This document shows positions 39,279 through 52,711 of a stretch of DNA of 64,000 nt, piece by piece. The notes beneath the pieces are model-generated. The model worked only from the letters and a program-made list of their open reading frames with translations, was not told the origin of the DNA and made no database searches. Origin of the DNA: Eledone cirrhosa (taxonomy: Eukaryota); assembly GCA_964016885.1 (NCBI GenBank), contig OZ024747.1, forward strand, positions 1,612,001 through 1,676,000, read 5' to 3'. Position 1 is the first letter of the stretch. Each line of letters starts with the position of its first letter. The position numbers and the translations under genes are program-made.

Positions 39279-39643
39279 ATTGTTGGTTATAATATATTTA
39301 TAGCCACAGTTTCGTATTTTGAATATATTTCCATGAAATGCTAATTACGTGAATTCTATTAACAATTAAATACGTTTTAATGAACTTTTTTTAAAGGAAG
39401 TTGGTATATGAAAGTCAATATGGATGTTGAATAGTTTGACATCCATAGGTTTTGTAACTTTTACTAAAGTTAGAAAACACCAGCTTTTCTTCTTAAAAAA
39501 GTAAAATATTTTGTTAATAGTTTGGGCTTTAAAAATATTTTATAATCTATTAATTTCTTTCAATATTTCAAATATATGTAGTGTATATATGTAGGTATAT
39601 CTTACACATATATTTGTGAGTGTGTTACTTCTACACAAATAGA

Positions 39644-39851
39644 CAGTGTGTGAGTCAGCCCATCATTAACTGCAAGAACTGGAGGCTGTACTTCCGTTTC
39701 CTTACTTGGGAACAACAGACAGCTTGTCATTGGCTACAACATATATTACATACTACATAACTTGATAGAACTATATAACAGTATACCAAACTATTCACAA
39801 CTACTATATCTTACCAGAATATTGAAACAGTAACAATATAAACAACTGTTG
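39644..39851 (+). promoter_or_regulatory. Conserved promoter and non-coding first exon of protocadherin A
   Basis: ~210-bp block repeated before each gene. It contains TGAGTCA, ACTTCCG and ATTGG and ends in TG|GTAAGT. The TSS cannot be located. Confidence 0.75.
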
Positions 39852-40103
39852 GTAAGTATTTCTATAAAGTTATTCTCTGTTTTATAAATGAGTTATTTGG
39901 TCAAATCTTTTATGTTTTAGCTACAATCCTAGTAAAACGATAATAGCAGTAGCACAGTTTATAAACTTCAAACATTTCATGTCACTTTAGTAAGTTCTTA
40001 AGTCATCAAATACTCACTATAGCTTCTACAAATATAAAATATTTGTAGTAAACAAGAATATCAAGATATCCTTTCAATTTAATAGTATCAAATATTTATA
40101 ATA

Positions 40104-40301
40104 CGAGGGTCGGCTGAAAAGTTCATAGGCTGACCAAGATACTCTCATGGAATAACCAAATGAGGTTTATTTTTCGAGACACTCTTTGGAAAGAAACAAT
40201 GCTGTTATTAATAATAAGAGTTAAAGTTAATGCATGCAAGATTTCACAGCTCTAGCATCACTCGAACATAGTCAGCCTATTAACTTTTCAGCCCACCCTC
40301 G
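40104..40301. mobile_element. Mariner-type MITE, 198 bp
   Basis: TA|cgagggtcggctgaaaagttcataggctgac ... gtcagcctattaacttttcagcccaccctcg|TA. ~31-bp TIRs, TA duplication. Confidence 0.9.
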
Positions 40302-40463
40302 TATATAGTTTTCTTTTCAATATCATACATTTATTCTAGAAAGTACTTCAGTTAATAAATAATGGGATATTACCATAAATCAGTTTAGTATAACATATGC
40401 AGTCTTTTCAGTTGTAGAAGCTACATACAATAAATAAAGAGCAATCTATTGTTAATGAAATAT

Positions 40464-40645
40464 TTGTTTCTACTTTAGGCACAAGGCCAGCAATTACCCA
40501 GTTCATTACTGGTACTTTATTTTATCGACCCCGTAAGGATGAAAGGCAAAGTCAACCTCGGCGGGATTTGAACTCAGATCGTAAAGGGACGTAACTATGC
40601 TGGAAAGCATGGCGTCCGACCCTCTACCGATACTGCCAAACCGTT
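40464..40645 (-). mobile_element. tRNA-derived cephalopod-type SINE, near full length
   Basis: Box A-like tggcagtatcggt, box B gagttcaaatc, then gactttgcctttcatccttacggggtcgataaaataaagtaccag. Other copies near 10960-11330, 22310-22520, 29200-29335, 37386-37540 and 38300-38690. Confidence 0.85.
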
Positions 40646-40762
40646 AATGTTAATGAAATATTGAAGTCCAGATCGCATAGTGTTGACAAGGGAGGCCACT
40701 CTAAATTGTTTCAGGGATATCGTAAAATGTGTAGTAATTAGTTTTATGAATCTCTCTCTCGT

Positions 40763-40861
<99 letters not shown>

Positions 40862-40963
40862 ATAATGTTACTATTTGTGTAGATTCCCGAGATGTCGGGG
40901 AGGGGAGTAACCACAGTTAGAAAAAGGTACTCAATACCTTAGTAGAGTATAGGGATGTTTATT

Positions 40964-41083
40964 GTATACAGAAATGATTTCTACAGGACTATATCTGTTT
41001 CATTCGTATGAAATCATCAGGAAATTCCTGATGATTTCATACGAATGAAACAGTTCTAGTCCTGTAGCAATCATTTCTGTATA
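40964..41083. repeat. ~120-bp imperfect palindrome
   Basis: tatacagaaatgatttctacaggact...catcaggaa / ttcctgatg...agtcctgtagcaatcatttctgtata. A single arm also occurs at 32081-32135. Confidence 0.85.
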
Positions 41084-41628
41084 TATATATGAATTTCCAT
41101 AAAATAGCAGGATCTCAGTGTGATGGTTAGTAAACGCTGATTACTATATGTATAGTAAAAGGTCGAGTTAAGATATAACCACATATTGTGCGGAGAGATT
41201 GTGAGCTCAACTCGCTAACCACTAAGCCATGTGTCTTCACAATTCATACACATACAGATACATGTTGGGCCTACTCTATGTCTACTAAATTCATTCACAA
41301 AACATTGGTTGATTCAAAGCTATAATAGAAGACAGTTTCAACCTCACTGCTGTGCTTGACTATGTGGTTGTAAAGTAAACATCCTTTTTATGTTATATAT
41401 TGATAACATAGGTATCACAGGGTTAAAGGAACTTAAAGCTATAAGGAAAGCTCTTGAAATAGAATTAGGACCTCTTGCCTAGTATCAGGAAGATCTTTTC
41501 CAGATTATAGTAGAAACCCACAAAATATATCCTTACCCACAAGACATTTATGTTGTCAATTGACCTGACAAATAAATAACTAAGTCTTTATCAAAGTGAA
41601 TTTCTTAACTTTACAGACATGCCACCAC

Positions 41629-41880
<252 letters not shown>

Positions 41881-41941
41881 TTTATAATCAATATACTTCA
41901 ATTTCAGGTAACTTGACTAAATACCAAGGAAGACCATAGAC

Positions 41942-44368
41942 ATGTTGCCCATTGTATTGTTGTTGTTGTTAATGGCTGACAACTGCTGGTGTCTGGATCA
42001 TATCTATCATGTGAAAGAGAACAATGATATACACAGCTATATTGGAGATATTGTTACTGATACACACTTACTGGATAATATAACATCTGGGGATGATAGA
42101 AAGAAACTGAAATTTAATGTACTCCAGGATAGTACTGATGAAACTGTTCAGTTATTTAATGTTACATCTGGAGGACAACTGTACACAGCTGCCATATTGG
42201 ATGCTGAAACTCTGTGTCAATATAATGTGGAATGTTTCAGGATATTGGAAATAGCAGTTCAATATAACCATTCTTATATGAAGATATTAGAAATAAAAGT
42301 TATGATAGATGATGTCAATGATAATTATCCTGTGTTTCCAAACAAGGAATTTACCCTACAATTTGATGAAGATGATTTCATAGGAACAAAGGGGGCTATT
42401 CCAAATGCTTTTGATAAAGATGTCAGTATTAAGAATTCTGATCTCTCATATCATTTTAACCAAGATGTCGATATTCCTTTCAAATTGTTTTTTTCTAAGA
42501 AACCAGATGGTACTGATATATTACAGATAATTTTAGAAGATAACTTAGATCGTGAGAAGAAAGACATTTATAATATCCAGTTAATAGCTACAGATGGAGG
42601 ATCTCCACCAAAGGAAGGTGTACTGGATATAAAAATATTGGTGGAGGACATAAATGATAATTCCCCTGTATTCTCCCAGGATATCTACAATGTAACTGTA
42701 AATGATAAACACCAGATAAACAAACCTGTTGTAAGGTTGTCAGCTACAGATTTAGATGAAGGAGAAAATGGAAGAATTTCTTATGTCTTTAATAAAGCTA
42801 AAACAACAAATAAGATAAAAGAATCCTTTAAACTGGATGAAATAACTGGAGAATTGTTTCTGAAGAACAAATTTAGTTTTAGTAAAATCTATACATTGTT
42901 TATTGAAGCCAGAGATAATGGTAAACCACCGATGTCTTCAACAGTCACAGTTCTTATAAATGGTATCAGTCACTTTAACAATCCACCAAACATTGATGTC
43001 AAGTTTGTCTTAAAGTCAACTGGAAACACAGCTGTCATCTCAGAAGCAACTCTAATTCACAGCTTTGTTGCTTATGTCAAAGTTACTGACAATGATAGTG
43101 AAGTTAATGGACAAGTGAAGTGTTATTTAGAAAATAAATACCTTCAGTTAATCTCAATATCTCAGAAGAAATATAAAGTTGTTGTAAAGAGTAAAATAGA
43201 TAGAGAGAGTGAGAAGAGTTTTAATTTCACGATTAAATGTCAAGATAAAGGTTTACCTCCATTGAGAGTAGAGAAAGAGTTTTCTATGTTAGTTACTGAT
43301 ATAAATGATGTGAAACCTAAGTTTAGTGAGGATATATTTAAATTTCTCACCTATGAAAATGAAGATAAAGACTTCCCTGTTGGATATATCAATGCTACAG
43401 ACCCAGATCTTGGAGATGGAGGACAATTTATCTATTCTCTTTTAAATAATGGAAAAGATATTCTACCATTTCAGATATCAAATCTGGGATTTATTTCTAC
43501 AACTCAGTCACTAGATAGAGAAGAAAAGAAGATGTATGAGTTTAAAGTTTTAGTAAAAGATAAAGGAAGACCATCACTAGAGAACACAGCAAATGTTATT
43601 GTTGAAGTTATGGATTTAAATGATAATGTTCCATATTTCAGTTTCCCTAATGTTAACCCTTTTAGTCTTGATGTTCACTACCATCCTCACAGTGAACATG
43701 ATATCACAGTTATAAGGGCCTCTGATAGAGATAGTCAACATAATGCCTTCCTTACATATGAAATAGTAAGAGGTAATAAGAAAGAGTTATTTAGAATTAA
43801 TCCTCACTCTGGTGTCTTATCTTTCTCTCGGTCAGTTTACCAAAATGATGCTGGACTCTATCAACTAGAATTAAGTGTAAAAGATAATGGTAGTCCAGTT
43901 CTGTCATCAACAACAACTTTATCTTTGACTTTAACAGTTAGTAACAACACATCAAAGATATTTAAGACATCTTTAAAGACAACAACATTAAGTAAAGGTC
44001 TTCCTTTTAATGTGATAATTATTATTGTTATAGCAACTGTGGTAGTATCAGTTGTTATAGTGATCTCTATATCAATCTGTATAGTTCATAGACTAAAGCA
44101 GACAGATAGTAACTATAGTAGTGGTAGTAGTAGTAGTAGTAGTGGTGATGGTGGTGGTGGTAGTGTTGATATGTACCACAAGGTTACACCTACATTAGAT
44201 ATACAGTCAAAATATATCTTTGATCCAACTTGTGTTGATCCTGGAGTACATTATACCATGGGGAGAAATGTGAAAAAATCTCAACCAATGATAGACAGAG
44301 AAGATATTCACTGCAGAACTCTGCCATGTGACAGATGGGGTAATCCAACTTTCAGACCTCATCAACAG
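41942..44368 (+). CDS. Protocadherin A, large exon: signal peptide, EC1-EC6, TM, juxtamembrane
   Basis: DVNDNYP, LDRE, DINDNSP and ATDxD cadherin motifs; EC1 C-X5-C. Acceptor tttcag at 41907, CAG|gtaaga donor. Confidence 0.96.
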
Positions 44369-44993
44369 GTAAGATAACTTTAGAATAATATCTTATAACT
44401 TTGAAACATCTCTGTCTATTTTCACATGATTTAGTAATTTCTTTAAAATATATTATTTTAATTTTATATAAAACTATCTAATGACAAGGAGATATCAGAT
44501 TTGCCATACTTCATGATGTTTTATGTATATAATCTAAATCTTTATCATTCAATATTATAGGAACTGTTTTATTGTGATAAATTATTTCAGGGTTTCTTTT
44601 GAAGTTTATAATTTATCTAAAAGAACCATCCATTTAAGTGATAATGTTTTCTGTCATCCAGAGAAGCACATTCTTGAAATGTTTCCAATAACGTAAAAAT
44701 TAATGTAACACATAGCTGGGTGTGTATCTATCTATATTTTAAATAATCAGATTGTATATTGATTAAATTATAATATATGATTTGTAATAAATATTTTCAC
44801 TGATCCTCAAATCTTCTAAACCACATGCTATTATGTAATCTGGTGTTGATGTCTGTTAGATGAGAAAATATTTTGTAAGAATTAAAATAGTGTTGAGACA
44901 ATTTATACCAATATTTCTAACTGGAGTCACAAGAAGAATGTTTTGTTCTGTGACTCTCAATTCTATGTTGTACATGTATCTCATTAACTTTAG

Positions 44994-45144
44994 ATGTTTG
45001 TTCCAAGAGAAGAAAGTATGTCTCCAGGTTACAGAGAACTAAACAATACTGACCAATTCAGTGACATGTCAACATTATCATCTCACACTGATAGTGGTCA
45101 TGGTTTGAGTGTTGGTAGTGCTGGACATTATGAGGAACTGCCAG
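44994..45144 (+). CDS. Protocadherin A cytoplasmic exon (CM1-like SHTDSGHG.S)
   Basis: ctttag acceptor, CCAG|gtaagt donor, 151 nt (phase 0 to 1). Conserved in all three genes. Confidence 0.9.
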
Positions 45145-45230
45145 GTAAGTCTGAAATACTCTCTCTAATCTTTTTCCTTACCTCGTTTTCTTTACCCCTC
45201 TGTCTGTCTCTCACACATACCCAAATATTT

Positions 45231-45610
45231 CATCATCATCATCTGGCGGCCTCAGCTGAAATAGAATCAACAATTGATCTCCACGTGGGTCTGTTGTTCA
45301 TTGCTGTTGCCAAGTCCTGGATTTCAATAGCAAAATCTCTGGAGATGACATCTGGATAGGAGAGCTTACACACCCTGTTGTTAGTGAGTGCTTGTGGTTT
45401 CCAAAACACAAATGGGGACACAGTCTCATAGGTGGCACAATGGCAGTGACCAGAAAATATTAATCTCCTTTTATGTACAACAACAGATATGTGTGGCAGG
45501 CTGGCATATATCTCTCTCAAAGTCAGATGTCACCATCTTATGTCCTGAATGCATTGAAGCAGGCGAGTGCAAGTGCCATCAAGTTACTTTTGTTGTTTGG
45601 ATGAAAGCAG
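45231..45610 (-). mobile_element. 3' fragment of an RTE-type LINE in PCDH-A intron 3
   Basis: Minus ORF RRLIFSGHC...FWKP...DVISRD...AMNNRPTWR with a (GAT)n tail. Confidence 0.75.
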
Positions 45611-46035
45611 CCATGTTTCACTTCTATATAGTCAGACATTTACTCTCACTCTCTGTCTTTCTCCCTCATCTCTCTCTCATCTTTTTCCTTACCTCTTTTT
45701 CTCTACCCCTGTCTCTCTCTCACAAATACCCAGACATTTACTCTCACTCTCTTTCACTGTTTTTATTAATTTTAGATCTCAAAATATTCAATGTTTTAAT
45801 CAGAAGTATGTACTTTACAAAACACATTCAGTTCATATTACACTAAAACTAGTTCCACAATTATACACAGCTTTATCTTTTCGATTCTAATACTTATTGA
45901 AAATCATCAAATTCTATACTTTCTCTCTTTCATTAGTTTTGATCTCTAGATATTAAAAAGTTTAATCAGAATCTTCTATTTTATAGATCTCCCATAAATC
46001 TATATTGTACAAAATATACGTTTATATATTTCCAG

Positions 46036-46376
46036 ATCTGTGTCGTTATCAAAGTGACAATACATGGAACAGGAGAAATCAACTTCCACACACACTGACA
46101 AGATCAAGAGGAGATAACAACATTGGATATCATATTCAACCTAATGTTAACACTTCCTGTGATCAGCACCAAATACCTTTCACTATAACTGGTACCACAT
46201 CTAACATAACTGAACAACCATCTACAATGACAAGTAACTTTACTTCAAAGAGTAAACCACCTCTACCAGCTGTACCTAAAGTAACAACAGTACCAAAGGT
46301 ACCTTCAATACCTCAGGTACCTTCTCTGACTATAGTAAAAAACTTACATAGCAGCTCTATGGAAGCCCTGAATTAA
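46036..46376 (+). CDS. Protocadherin A terminal exon (...SMEALN*)
   Basis: tttccag acceptor, phase 1, 341 nt in all three genes. Confidence 0.88.
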
Positions 46377-46475
46377 TATTACCATCTCTCAAGCAATCAT
46401 TAATCCATACATATTGATATATATAATCATTAATAAACTATTCCTCTAGATATATATTATAACAACCTTCTACAG

Positions 46476-48118
46476 TTGCAATGACAAGTGACTTTACTTC
46501 AAACAGTAAACTAACTCTACCAGCTGTACCTAACAACACTGTCAAAGGTACCATTAGTACCTCAGGTACCTCCTCCATCTACAACAGTAAACTAACTCTA
46601 CCAGCTGTACCTAACAACACTATCAAAGGTACCATTAGTACCTCAGGTACCTCCTCTATCTACAACAGTAAACCAGCACTACCAGCTGTACCTAACAACA
46701 CTATCAAAGGTACCATTAGTACCCCAGGTACCTCCTCTATCTACAACAGTAAACCAGCACTACCAGCTGTACCTAACAACACTATCAAAGGTACCATTAG
46801 TACCCCAGGTACCTCCTCTATCTACAACAGTAAACCAGCACTACCAGCTGTACCTAACAACACTATCAAAGGTACCATTAGTACCCCAGGTACCTCCTCT
46901 ATCTACAACAGTAAACCAGCACTACCAGCTGTACCTAACAACACTATCAAAGGTACCATTAGTACCTCAGGTACCTCCTCTATCTACAACAGTAAACCAG
47001 CACTACCAGCTGTACCTAACAACACTATCAAAGGTACCATTAGTACCTCAGGTACCTCCTCTATCTACAACAGTAAACCAGCACTACCAGCTGTACCTAA
47101 CAACACTATCAAAGGTACCATTAGTACCCCAGGTACCTCCTCTATCTACAACAGTAAACCAGCACTACCAGCTGTACCTAACAACACTATCAAAGGTACC
47201 ATTAGTACCCCAGGTACCTCCTCTATCTACAACAGTAAACCAGCACTACCAGCTGTACCTAACAACACTATCAAAGGTACCATTAGTACCCCAGGTACCT
47301 CCTCTATCTACAACAGTAAACCAGCACTACCAGCTGTACCTAACAACACTATCAAAGGTACCATTAGTACCTCAGGTACCTCCTCTATCTACAACAGTAA
47401 ACCAGCACTACCAGCTGTACCTAACAACACTATCAAAGGTACCATTAGTACCTCAGGTACCTCCTCTATCTACAACAGTAAACTAACTCTACCAGATGTA
47501 CCTAACAACACTATCAAAGGTACCATTAGTACCTCAGGTACCTCCTCTATCTACAACAGTAAACTAACTCTACCAGCTGTACCTAACAACACTAACAAAG
47601 GTACCATTAGTACCTCAGGTACCTCCTCTATCTACAACAGTAAACTAACTCTACCAACTGTACCTAACAACACTATCAAAGGTACCATTAGTACCACAGG
47701 TACCTCCTATATCTACAACAGTAAACTAACTCTACCAACTGTACCTAACAACACTAACAAAGGTACCATTAGTACCTCAGGTACCTCCTCTATCTACAAC
47801 AGTAAACCAGCACTACCAGCTGTACCTAACAACACTATCAAAGGTACCATTAGTACCTCAGGTACCTCCTCTATCTACAACAGTAAACTAACTCTACCAG
47901 CTGTACCTAACAACACTATCAAAGGTACCATTAGTACCTCCTCTATCTACAACAGTAAACTATCTCTACCAGCTGTACCTAACAACACTATCAAAGGTAC
48001 CATTAGTACCTCAGGTACCTCCTCTATCTACAACAGTAAACTAACTCTACCAGCTGTACCTAACAACACTAACAAAGGTACCATTAGAATCTCAGGTACC
48101 TACTATATCTACAACTAA
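46476..48118 (+). repeat. 81-bp tandem array (about 20 units), open 545-aa frame; possible alternative last exon of PCDH-A
   Basis: 27-aa period YNSKPALPAVPNNTIKGTISTSGTSSI, preceded by ccttctacag. Confidence 0.9.
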
Positions 48119-48835
48119 CACTAAAATATTATAAAACTAATAGTAGGAAGAATGCCACACTAAATACCATGTAGTATTCTGTTATATATCTTTGTGGACT
48201 GAGATCAAATCCTACCCCAGTTCACCTTTGTTATATTCTCCCAGAGGTCTTCTACAACCCTCACCAAATACAGTTTAATTGTCTTAATTACAATATCAAA
48301 CATAACTTTACCTTATATAATGGTAAACTATATATAGTACAACAAATATTTGATATGAAAATATATATAGAGGGATAAATTATTCAAATATTAACATTTT
48401 ATCAAGAAATATGAGAGAATATTTTATAGAATTTATATAACATCTCTATAACATTTCTTAAAGATATATTTATTTTGAACCACAGTTTCGTATATTCAAA
48501 TGAGTTCAATTATTTTATAATATAATTAATTACTTAAAATATTATTTTAATAAATTTTTTATGATAGATTTGTTAAGTAAAGAAGTTTGTTAACTCAACC
48601 AGAAAAGTTGAAACTATAGAATTGAAAAAGTTTTCAAAGTCTTACTAAAGTCATAAAATAAGATTTCATCATTGAAATTATAATATAATTAATTTAATAA
48701 TTAATATTTCTTATATATTTCATTGTTTTAAACATTTTAGATATTAAATATTTCCACCCATTGAATTATAAATGTTCTAGTCACACACATCTATATGTAT
48801 CTCTATATATATATGTGTGTGTAAGTAAATATAAT

Positions 48836-49042
48836 AGTGTGTGAGTCAGCCCATCATTAACTGCAAGAACTGGAGGCTGTACTTCCGTTTCCTTACTTGG
48901 GAACAACAGACAGCTTGTCATTGGCTACAACACATATTACATACTACATAACTTGATAGAACTATATAACAGTATACCAAACTACTCACAACTACTATAT
49001 CTTACCAGAATATTGAAACAGTAACAATATAAACAACTGTTG
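48836..49042 (+). promoter_or_regulatory. Conserved promoter and non-coding first exon of protocadherin B
   Basis: Near-identical to 39644-39851; TG|GTAAGT donor. Confidence 0.75.
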
Positions 49043-50293
49043 GTAAGTATTTTTATAAAGTTATTCTCTGTTTTATAAATTAGATATTTAGATATTTGGT
49101 AAAGTCTCTCTATGTCTCTAAGTTACCATCTTGGTAAAACTACATCACTATAACAGTGAAATACTTCCAGAATAACAATATCATTTTAATAAGTTATTTT
49201 ATTAAGTTTTCATAATATATTTTTCTACAATTATTTTAAGATTGTTGCTTTTAAAAGAACACAAATATAATTTAATATTTAGAAAACTATTTCATTTATT
49301 ATAATGTTTAAAATATATTTTCTAATATTCCTAAACTAGTTATAATATAAATCAGTGAAACGTTATATTAATAATAATATAAATCAGTGAAACGTTATAT
49401 TAATAATAATAATATATTTGTTTGTTATTTCCAATGATAAGATATTGTTTAGTTTTGTTGGTTTATTATTGTTATAGTGTTAAATATATTGTATGTTATC
49501 CTAGAATGTGAGATGTAACCAGGATGTAGTATTGATTGTAAGGGAAGTTACTCTTAATGACTTTAATGATGGTTTAACTTGCTGGAAATAGTAGCTACAT
49601 GTTCCTCAAATATCATCTTATCGTCTTTATAAAGAGAACATATTGGATAACATATTCCTGGATATATATAAAAAGATGGTGCTTTCCTAGCTTGGATATG
49701 TTTAATCATTAGTCTGCCCTACAATGTTGACCAGGTGCTAATCAAAGACAGATACAACCCTTAATATAGCAGTCTCAACCATACAGTCTACGAACTACTT
49801 CTCTATGGCCCTTGGGAGAACAATGGAAAATTTGTCCCCAAAATTTTGTACTAATTCATATATCTCACTTACTATCGCAGAATCTCTCTACAATTTACTT
49901 TCCATCATCATCTCATCAATTTGAGATCAGCTCTCACCATCTCCACCCAGGTGTTCCTTAGGTTTCATGTATTGTGGCTTCTGTTCACTGGGATTTCCAG
50001 TCTCTTATTCACCCAGCAATCATCATCCATGTGCATCACATGTCCATACCAGTGCAGTCTCCTCTCCACCATGCTATTTCAGATTTCTATTACACCCAGT
50101 TTTTCTCTCAGTTCAACCATTCTTTGTCATTTATACACATTAACACTGCACATCCATCAAAACATTGATAAATATATCAACATTTAGAGATAAATTTCAT
50201 GGGAATATATGTTAAGTATTATTTTCATAGATTTATGAACTCTACATTTGTGAATATCAATTGTTTACTATAAACTTCTATTTCAGATTAACA

Positions 50294-52711
50294 ATGTCTC
50301 CATTGATATTGTTGTTGTTGTTGTTAATGGCTGACAACTGCTGGTGTCTGGATCATATCTATCATGTGAAAGAGAACAATGATATACACAGCTATATTGG
50401 AGATATTGTTACTGATACACACTTACTGGATAATATAACATCTGGGGATGATAGAAAGAAACTGAGATTTAATGTACTCCAGGATAGTACTGATGAAACT
50501 GTTCAGTTATTTAATGTTACATCTGGAGGACAACTGTACACAGCTGCCATATTGGATGCTGAAACTCTGTGTCAATATAATGTGGAATGTTTCAGGATAT
50601 TGGAAATAGCAGTTCAATATAGCCATTCTTATATGAAGATATTAGAAATCAAAGTTATGATAGAAGATGTCAATGATAATTACCCTGTGTTTCCAAACAA
50701 GGACTTTATTCTGCAATTTGATGAAAATGTATTGATAGGAACAAAGTATACAATTCCAAATGCTTTTGATAAAGATGTCAGTATTGAGAATTCTGATCTG
50801 TCTTATCAACTCAACAAAGATGTCGATATTCCTTTTAAAATCTTTGTTTCCAATAAACCTGATGGAACAGACTTTCTACAACTTGTTTTAGAAGATAACT
50901 TAGATCGAGAGAAGAAAGACATTTATAATATCCAGTTAATAGCTACAGATGGAGGATCTCCACGAAAGGAAGGTGTACTGGATATGAAAATATTGGTGGA
51001 GGACATAAATGATAATTCGCCTGTATTTTTCCTGGATATCTACAATGTAACTGTAAATGATAAACACCAGATAAACAAACCTGTTGTAAGATTGTCAGCT
51101 ACAGATTTAGATGAAGGAGAAAATGAAAGAATTTCTTATGTCTTTAATAAAGCTAAAACAACAAATAAGATAAAAGAATCCTTTAAACTGGATGAAATAA
51201 CTGGAGAATTGTTTCTGAAGGACAAATTTAGTTTTAGTAAACTCTACGAGCTATTTATTGAAGCCAGAGATAATGGTAAACCACCGATGTCTTCAACAGT
51301 TACAGTTCTTATAAATGGTATCAGTCACTTTAACAATCCACCAAACATTGATGTCAAGTTTCTCTTAAAGTCAACTGGAAACACAGCTGTCATCTCAGAA
51401 GCAACTCTAATTCACAGCTTTGTTGCTTATGTCAAAGTTACTGACAATGATAATGAAGTTAATGGACAAGTGAAGTGTTATTTAGAAAATAAATACCTTC
51501 AGTTAATCTCAATATCTCAGAAGAAATATAAAGTTGTTGTAAAGAGTAAAATAGATAGAGAGAGTGAGAAGAGTTTTAATTTCACGATTAAATGTCAAGA
51601 TAAAGGTTTACCTCCATTGAGAGTAGAGAAAGAGTTTTCTATGTTAGTTACTGATATAAATGATGTGAAACCTAAGTTTAGTGAGGATATATTTAAATTT
51701 CTCACCTATGAAAATGAAGATAAAGACTTCCCTGTTGGATATATCAATGCTACAGACCCAGATCTTGGAGATGGAGGACAATTGATCTATTCTCTTTTAA
51801 ATAATGGGAAAGATATTCTACCATTTCAGATATCAAATCTGGGATTTATTTCTACAACTCAGTCACTAGATAGAGAAGAAAAGAAGATGTATGAGTTTAA
51901 TGTTTTAGTAAAAGATAAAGGAAGACCATCACTAGAGAACACAGCAAATGTTATTGTTGAAGTTATGGATTTAAATGATAATGTTCCATATTTCAGTTTC
52001 CCTAATGTTAACCCTTTTAGTCTTGATGTTCACTACCATCCTCACAGTGAACATGATATCACAGTTATAAGGGCCTCTGATAGAGATAGTCAACATAATG
52101 CCTTCCTTACATATGAAATAGTAAGAGGTAATAAGAAAGAGTTATTTAGAATTAATCCTCACTCTGGTGTCTTATCTTTCTCTCGGTCAGTTTACCAAAA
52201 TGATGCTGGACTCTATCAACTAGAATTAAGTGTAAAAGATAATGGTAGTCCAGTTCTGTCATCAACAACAACTTTATCTTTGACTTTAACAGTTAGTAAC
52301 AACACATCAAAGATATTTAAGACATCTTTAAAGACAACAACATTAAGTAAAGGTCTTCCTTTTAATGTGATAATTATTATTGTTATAGCAACTGTGGTTG
52401 TATCAGTTGTTATAGTGATCTCTATATCAATCTGTATAGTTCATAGACTAAAGCAGACAGATAGTAACTATAGTAGTGGTAGTAGTAGTAGTGGTGGTGG
52501 TGGTAGTGTTGATATGTACCACAAGGTTACACCTACATTAAATATACAGTCAAAATATATCTTTGATCCAACTTGTGTTGATCCTGGAGTACATTATACC
52601 ATGGGGAGAAATGTGAAGAAATCTCAACCAATGATAGACAGAGAAGATATTCACTGCAGAACTCTACCAGGTGACAGATGGGGTAATCCAGCTTTCAGAC
52701 CTCATCAACAG
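50294..52711 (+). CDS. Protocadherin B, large exon (SP, EC1-6, TM)
   Basis: Acceptor tttcag at 50286, ATG at 50294, CAG|gtaaga donor, cadherin motifs. Confidence 0.96.

Noticed and set aside
40464-40645. tRNA gene
   Set aside because: A/B boxes are present but there is no cloverleaf and it continues into a multicopy SINE body.
49921-50187. ORFs conserved in intron 1 of B and C (also 55790-56185)
   Set aside because: Antisense to a decayed RTE fragment that was duplicated with the unit; not an exon.
50261-50293. Upstream ORF extension MFTINFYFRLT of PCDH-B (and 56259-56291 of PCDH-C)
   Set aside because: TTG-initiated and mostly intronic, running through the tttcag acceptor. The real start is the following ATG.
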